Of a stretch of DNA of 12,025 nucleotides, positions 7,315 through 12,025 are shown one piece after another (position 1 is the stretch's first letter; each line of letters starts with the position of its first letter). Both the position numbers and the translations under genes were made by a program. A model generated the notes under the pieces. It saw only the letters and a program-made list of their open reading frames with translations. It was not told the DNA's origin and ran no database searches. Origin of the DNA: Ignisphaera sp. (lineage in GTDB: Archaea; Thermoproteota; Thermoprotei_A; Sulfolobales; Ignisphaeraceae); the NCBI GenBank assembly GCA_038889075.1, contig JAWAHS010000016.1, positions 4,064 through 16,088 on the forward strand, written 5' to 3'.

Positions 7315-8505
7315 TTAACCGACTACCTCCTCATATAGTTTAAGTATGTCAGTAAAGTATGGTGAGAGTGGGAACATTTTACCGTATTTTGCCAGAGTTT
7401 CAGGTGTGATTTCGCTAAACAGTCTCTGCTTGGCCTCCTCACTAACATGTGGTAATACATAGCTGCCATCTATACCTGGATACCAGTTGTACTTCTCCAC
7501 TATAACCTTTGCCTGCACCTCTGGGCTTGTTATGAACTCTATGAGTTTCTTTGCCCACTCCGGATTACAAGCTCTTGCCGGTACTACTAGGTACATAGGT
7601 TGCCCTGGTAAACCCGGTTCTAGCACATAAAGCCTTATGTATGTGGGCATACGGCCCTCTGCTACCCAAGTATAGAACATGTCAACCCATACAGGGCCCA
7701 TCCATATTTCTTCACGTGCAAGCATATCAAGGGTACCTACATTGCCCGCTGTTATAACTGCATATTTGTTGAATTCTTTAAGCTCTCTAAGGGCTGGTAT
7801 AATCCGTTCTCTCATGGCTTCATCATATGGGCCTCTCGTTAGCGTATCATACTCGCCGGTCTTCCAGTACACCCATCCTACAACAAAACCTACACCAGAC
7901 ATACCACCCTTAATACCATTGTGGCCAAACTTGCCCGGGTTTTCCAAAACCCACTTAGCTAGCTCATCATATGTTCTTGGTGGGTTAGCTACATACTTTG
8001 GATTATATGCAATTGCGATTTGGCTATGGAATAGGGGTATACCGTAACCTTCAATGGGTGTTCCTAGCGCATACCTAGCGTCCTCCGATGTCACATACTT
8101 CCATGTGGATAGTTCATGGGCGTATTTTGCCAGTAAGCCCTCGGGTAGAGCCCAGGACATAAAGATTTGATGGACTACAGCTACATCTATATCCCAGCAC
8201 TCTTTTCCAGCGTCCTTGGCTGCCTTAAGCTTTTCAAATATTGTTCTACTTCCAGCCTCCCCCGGACCTGTATGAATTGTAATTATCTCTACCTCAGGGT
8301 GTTTCTCCATAAACATTGGTCCAATAACATTTTGCATTAAAGCAAGCATGTTGATGTCTCCAGCAGTTGCATATACAAGTCTAACCTTACTGGGCCTAGT
8401 GCTAGTACCGATAATGCCGAAGGCCATGGCGCCAAATACTGCAGCAATAACTGCAACAATTACGATAGCAGCAACCAATATATAGAGAGTAGACTTACTA
8501 ACCAC
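7315..8505 (-). CDS. ABC transporter extracellular solute-binding protein (PotD/AfuA-like class, ligand unknown), N-terminally membrane-anchored
   Basis: N-terminal Lys followed by a long hydrophobic helix and Ser/Thr linker. Motifs DIDVAVV, IAYNPKYV..PP.TYDEL..W...NPGKFG and AKKLIEFITSPEVQ. GTG start with an AGGTGA RBS at 8514-8519. First gene of the permease operon. Confidence 0.9.
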   Translation of the reverse strand: MVSKSTLYILVAAIVIVAVIAAVFGAMAFGIIGTSTRPSKVRLVYATAGDINMLALMQNVIGPMFMEKHPEVEIITIHTGPGEAGSRTIFEKLKAAKDAGKECWDIDVAVVHQIFMSWALPEGLLAKYAHELSTWKYVTSEDARYALGTPIEGYGIPLFHSQIAIAYNPKYVANPPRTYDELAKWVLENPGKFGHNGIKGGMSGVGFVVGWVYWKTGEYDTLTRGPYDEAMRERIIPALRELKEFNKYAVITAGNVGTLDMLAREEIWMGPVWVDMFYTWVAEGRMPTYIRLYVLEPGLPGQPMYLVVPARACNPEWAKKLIEFITSPEVQAKVIVEKYNWYPGIDGSYVLPHVSEEAKQRLFSEITPETLAKYGKMFPLSPYFTDILKLYEEVVG

Positions 8506-8542
8506 CTAACTATTCACCTACATTACGCTATTAGTAGAACCG

Positions 8543-8558
8543 TTAATAAACTTTTATT
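8543..8558 (-). promoter_or_regulatory. Putative BRE/TATA for the binding protein-permease operon
   Basis: The minus strand reads AATAAAAG TTTATTAA, which places a transcription start near 8520, just upstream of the AGGTGA RBS. Confidence 0.55.
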
Positions 8559-8627
8559 TATGGGGGTGACTATTAAGCTCTATAAAGATATATAGAGATA
8601 TATGGAATAACGTTAAAAAGAAAGCTA

Positions 8628-8641
8628 TAAAAATTTATTAT
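8628..8641 (+). promoter_or_regulatory. Putative BRE/TATA for the ABC ATPase gene
   Basis: TAAAAA TTTATTAT about 60 nt upstream of ATG 8700. The region is very AT-rich, so other TATA candidates exist. Confidence 0.4.
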
Positions 8642-8699
8642 GCATTTAAACAGGACATAAGTAATAGTGATGTGGAGTATTTTGTTAAGGTTGGACTTT

Positions 8700-9773
8700 A
8701 TGAGGCATGTTGAGCTAGAGTGTATAAGCAAGAGGTTTGGGAGCACCATTGCTGTAGATAATGTGAGTTTGAGTGTTAATCTCGGTGAAATATTTTCTCT
8801 GCTAGGTCCAAGTGGCTGTGGCAAGACAACAACCCTTAGAATTATTGCAGGTTTGGTTAAGCCTGATAGTGGTAGAGTCTATATAGGTGGTAATGATGTC
8901 ACCGATATACCTACTGAGAAGAGAAATGTTGGTATGGTCTTTCAAAACTATGCACTATGGCCTCACATGACAGTCTATGATAACATAGCATTTGGCCTGA
9001 AGCTAAGAAGGCTTCCACAAGAGGAAATTAGAAGGAGAGTTAAAGAGGTCCTAGCACTAGTTAAGCTTGAGGGTTTTGAAAACCGGTACCCCACACAACT
9101 TTCTGGTGGACAGCAACAAAGAGTATCACTAGCAAGAGCTCTTGCACTAAATCCTGAGGTTATACTATTAGATGAACCGCTGAGTAATCTCGATGCAAAA
9201 TTAAGAGAAGAATTGAGATATGAGCTGCGAACTCTACTCAAATCTCTAAAAATAACATCAGTTTATGTTACACATGACCAGCTAGAGGCTTTAACGATAT
9301 CTGATAGAATAGCTGTTATGAACCATGGTAGGATAGTTCAAATCGGTACCCCACGGGAAGTATATGAAGAGCCTACAAATAGATTTGTTGCAGCATTTAT
9401 TGGGGAGAGCACAATCATTGAGGGGAAGCTTATCGATGTAGAGGATAACTATGGTGTTGTAAAGCTTAAAGGCGGTATTAAAATTAGGGGAAGAATACCT
9501 CGTGGAGTTTCGCTAACCCGTAACAGCGATGTTATGTTGATTATAAGGCCAGAGGCCATACATGTCTCGGAGGAAACACCTGGGGAGAATATACTAGTGT
9601 GTAAACCTGTGAGAGAAATATATATTGGGGAGAGAATTGAATATAGACTTGACTGCGAGGGTTATGAATTGAAACTAAAGTTGCCATCCAATAAACCACT
9701 GAGTATGGGTAGTGAGATTAGCGTCAGCCTTGATTCACAGCGTACAATAATTGTTGGGAAAAAAGAGGAGTAG
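8700..9773 (+). CDS. ABC transporter ATP-binding protein (PotA/MalK-like, with C-terminal TOBE domain)
   Basis: Walker A GPSGCGKT, Q-loop VFQNYALWPH, signature LSGGQQQR, Walker B ILLDEP, H-loop VTHDQ. ATG 8700 (MRHVEL..ISKRFG) fits the usual N-terminus better than GTG 8667. Confidence 0.95.
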   Translation: MRHVELECISKRFGSTIAVDNVSLSVNLGEIFSLLGPSGCGKTTTLRIIAGLVKPDSGRVYIGGNDVTDIPTEKRNVGMVFQNYALWPHMTVYDNIAFGLKLRRLPQEEIRRRVKEVLALVKLEGFENRYPTQLSGGQQQRVSLARALALNPEVILLDEPLSNLDAKLREELRYELRTLLKSLKITSVYVTHDQLEALTISDRIAVMNHGRIVQIGTPREVYEEPTNRFVAAFIGESTIIEGKLIDVEDNYGVVKLKGGIKIRGRIPRGVSLTRNSDVMLIIRPEAIHVSEETPGENILVCKPVREIYIGERIEYRLDCEGYELKLKLPSNKPLSMGSEISVSLDSQRTIIVGKKEE

Positions 9774-9893
9774 CCCACCTACATGTGGCTGTATTGTCGT
9801 AAAGCATATTAAAGGCCATACCAATTAATTTAAGGTTCCACACAAAGGTTATAGACGGTGGGTATAGTTAGGCAGAACTTATTGTGGTGCAGC

Positions 9894-9956
9894 GGCTGTG
9901 ATGAGCTTTCGGTCGCTGTGAATAGAAGAGATGTACTGTATTCCTCCCACTGAGCC
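9894..9956 (+). ncRNA. Box C/D 2'-O-methylation guide sRNA
   Basis: Perfect box C GTGATGA (9898-9904) and box D CTGA (9950-9953), closed by a terminal GGC/GCC stem (9894-9896/9954-9956). D'-like GTGA (9918-9921) follows a 13-nt guide, and a degenerate C' lies near 9924-9934. The roughly 60-nt size and intergenic position are typical of archaeal C/D sRNAs. Confidence 0.8.
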
Positions 9957-10036
9957 ATCCCTCCTTGGATGCCGATGCACCATGGGTGCTATCCATCTGT
10001 TGCTGGGATACCTTTGTTTAGCTCTCTATCGGCACG

Positions 10037-10050
10037 TTCTTTTCTTTTTT
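10037..10050 (+). terminator. Archaeal oligo(T) terminator candidate (TTCTTTTCTTTTTT)
   Basis: 14-nt pyrimidine/T tract downstream of the ATPase gene and sRNA, just upstream of the next promoter. Confidence 0.5.
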
Positions 10051-10064
10051 GAATTGAATTGTGT

Positions 10065-10082
10065 AAAAGGGTTTTTAAAGTT
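10065..10082 (+). promoter_or_regulatory. Putative BRE/TATA promoter of the DUF4038 glycosidase gene
   Basis: Purine-rich AAAAGGG followed by TTTTTAAA, about 82 nt upstream of ATG 10164. Bases 10068-10082 are identical to 4153-4167. Confidence 0.55.
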
Positions 10083-10163
10083 TTTGGCACCCGTAATTAT
10101 CAATTGAATGCTCAGAAGATTTACAAGTTCTCTAGCGTATTTTCTCCGTGAAAGTGTGTAGCT

Positions 10164-11435
10164 ATGGGAAGGCTATATATTTCTGGATCCCGCGACTACT
10201 TTCTAAGAGATGATGAGAAGTTCTTCTATCTTGCAGATACCTGTTGGAGTGCCTTTACCAATGCATCACTTGATGAGTGGAGCTATTATCTTGAGTATAG
10301 GAGGATGCAGGGATTCAATGCAATTCAGATAAACATTCTCCCTCAGCACGATAGAAGCCAATCCGGTAACCATATAGAGCCGTTCGAAGTCTCTTCGGAC
10401 GGTGGCTGGGATTTTAGGAGAAGGAATGAGAGGTACTTTGATAGAGCTGAAAAGATGGTTGGGATGGCTGTTGAGAAGGGCTTTACCCCTGCCCTAGTAC
10501 TTCTGTGGTGCAACTATGTTAGAGGTACATGGGGCTCCAACATAACGCCATCAAAGATCATCCCAATAGAGTATGTAGGGGAGTATATAGAGTATGTGGT
10601 GGAGAGATTTGGGAAGTACAACCCCATCTTTATAGTAAGTGGAGATACCAACTTTGAAACCAATGAAGCCATAGAGTACTATAGAACCGCACTGGAAATC
10701 GTTAAGAGTAAAGCACCAAATTCTCTAACCACCATGCATCTAATGGGGGGACTAATCCTACCAGAGGTATTTGTAAAGTCACAGCACCTAGACTTCTACA
10801 TGTATCAATCGGGCCACACCAGGGAGAGGCAAACGCTAGCATTCGAGCTTGCCCAGAAACACTACAGCATGACCATCAAGAGACCCATTGTTAACGGTGA
10901 GCCCTGCTACGAAGGGCATTCACACGGTGGAAAGTATGGAAGATTCAATAACTTTGATGTTAGAAAGGCTATATGGCAGAGCCTATTGTCAGGGGCTAAG
11001 GCTGGGGTAGCCTATGGAGCCCACGGTATATGGAACTGGCATGTAAAGGGAAGTAGATTTATGGGGGAGGCATTCTCGGGAGAATCCTACGATTGGAAAA
11101 CAGCACTTAGATTCCCTGGAGCATTCGATGCAGCATTTGCAAAGTGGATATTTGAGAGATATGATCTATTTGATATAGAGCCTGCAAACGATAAGCTTCT
11201 ATACAATACAGGTTCAGAGATAAGGGTCTCCATGTCTAAGGATAAGATAGTGGTCTACTCACCATATAACTGGAGCATAAAGCTGAAAATAGATGGAGGA
11301 ATGTACAGGTGGGAGGGTATAGAGCTTGAGTCCAGAAGGGTCTTCAAGCCAAAGATAGAAATCTCAGGAGACTATACTATAGTAGAGATGTCCGAATTCA
11401 ATAGCGATAGCATTCTGATAGGCATAGCCCCATAG
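10164..11435 (+). CDS. DUF4038 / GH140 (apiosidase-like) glycoside hydrolase, cytoplasmic
   Basis: Motifs FFYLADTCW, YLEYRRMQGFNAIQ, YFDRAE, IFIVSGD, LDFYMYQSGH, PIVNGEPCYE and SGA..GVAYGAHGIW are characteristic of the DUF4038 TIM-barrel domain. No signal peptide is visible. The substrate cannot be determined from sequence alone. Confidence 0.8.
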   Translation: MGRLYISGSRDYFLRDDEKFFYLADTCWSAFTNASLDEWSYYLEYRRMQGFNAIQINILPQHDRSQSGNHIEPFEVSSDGGWDFRRRNERYFDRAEKMVGMAVEKGFTPALVLLWCNYVRGTWGSNITPSKIIPIEYVGEYIEYVVERFGKYNPIFIVSGDTNFETNEAIEYYRTALEIVKSKAPNSLTTMHLMGGLILPEVFVKSQHLDFYMYQSGHTRERQTLAFELAQKHYSMTIKRPIVNGEPCYEGHSHGGKYGRFNNFDVRKAIWQSLLSGAKAGVAYGAHGIWNWHVKGSRFMGEAFSGESYDWKTALRFPGAFDAAFAKWIFERYDLFDIEPANDKLLYNTGSEIRVSMSKDKIVVYSPYNWSIKLKIDGGMYRWEGIELESRRVFKPKIEISGDYTIVEMSEFNSDSILIGIAP

Positions 11436-11517
11436 AAATAATAGATAGATCCGGCATTCTACCAACATACGATAGTTTTATACTTAGTTCTGGAGTAGCT
11501 GTACTACTGTAGATGGT

Positions 11518-11544
11518 TGGGGTGCTGAGCGGCTACCCCATTTT
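11518..11544 (+). terminator. GC-rich hairpin followed by T4 between convergent genes; possible terminator or stabilising structure
   Basis: TGGGGT (11518-11523) pairs with ACCCCA (11535-11540), extended by GCT/GGC, then TTTT at 11541-11544. Confidence 0.35.
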
Positions 11545-11559
11545 AAGGTTTGCCAGAGA

Positions 11560-12024
11560 CTACGATAGTTCCATGCTGGTCTTTCTATGGATGTAGTAGG
11601 GTTCTATTGAGATGCTGTCGATGTAGGCATGGTTGGTAGCAACGTGGAGCATTACAGCTATTTCATTAATCCCTCTCCTAGCTAGTGGTTCTGGTATATA
11701 GAATTCTGTCTGGGGTCCCTCGTCAGCATACCTTCCTATGAGCTGTCCATTAAAGTATAGCAGGGCTCTAACACCCGATGCTCTAACAACCATCTTTAGA
11801 GGTGCTACAACATCTCCCTCACACTCCATGTATACCCTTCCCCTCAGCCATATCAGCTTCCCCATGGAGTTCTCCATGTATAGGGGTAGCTCTAGCTCCT
11901 CCCATCTACTGTCATCGTAGCCCTCTTTATACCAGCCATCTGCAAGACCCTCTGTGTGTTCCCTGACCCTCCACACCCCATCTACGGCATACTGGTACCT
12001 CTTTATAGCCGGAGCTAGTGTTAG
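11560..12024 (-). CDS. C-terminal jelly-roll domain of a GH35-type beta-galactosidase (5' end outside the window)
   Basis: The frame stays open upstream of the track's GTG 11976 (LTLAPAIKRYQYAVDG-VWRV...) to the window edge. Motifs YDDSRW and RALLYFNGQLIGRY...GPQTEFYIPE....G.NEIAV match the BetaGal_dom4_5-type domain. Confidence 0.75.
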   Translation of the reverse strand, partial: LTLAPAIKRYQYAVDGVWRVREHTEGLADGWYKEGYDDSRWEELELPLYMENSMGKLIWLRGRVYMECEGDVVAPLKMVVRASGVRALLYFNGQLIGRYADEGPQTEFYIPEPLARRGINEIAVMLHVATNHAYIDSISIEPYYIHRKTSMELS

Positions 12025-12025
12025 C

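Noticed and set aside
6455-9241. ORFs 6455-6727, 7679-8047, 8573-8824 and 8975-9241
   Set aside because: They are antisense to ABC transporter genes or run through the AT-rich promoter region, and show no motifs.
11738-11976. Plus-strand ORF 11738-11920, and GTG 11976 as a true start
   Set aside because: The first is an antisense shadow. The second is an internal Val codon, because the frame stays open to the window edge.
1-12025. CRISPR array, tRNA/rRNA genes, transposase or integrase, and further C/D sRNAs
   Set aside because: No regularly spaced repeats, cloverleaf or recombinase motifs were seen. The other TGATGA hexamers I found lie inside coding sequence and were not pursued.

Overview
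Gene content, GGTG/GGAGG ribosome-binding sites and TATA/BRE promoters point to a thermophilic archaeon, probably Thermoproteota (Desulfurococcales-like; inferred). From left to right the window holds: the 3' end of an FGGY/rhamnulokinase-like kinase; a minus-strand operon purP-like(II)-purB-purP; about 450 bp of non-coding DNA with a long-range inverted repeat; a stand-alone hypD; a PotABCD/AfuABC-class ABC importer whose ATPase is transcribed divergently from the binding protein and permeases; an unannotated box C/D guide sRNA (about 9894-9956) whose two guides appear to match neighbouring 23S rRNA sites; a cytoplasmic DUF4038/GH140 apiosidase-like glycosidase; and the 3' end of a GH35-type beta-galactosidase. 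The best candidates for new biology are the C/D sRNA, a possible archaeal pectin/rhamnogalacturonan-oligosaccharide module, the two-PurP operon, and an identical 15-bp promoter motif upstream of hypD and the GH140-like gene. No transposase, CRISPR array, tRNA or rRNA gene was seen. All family assignments come from motif recognition; no database search was run.
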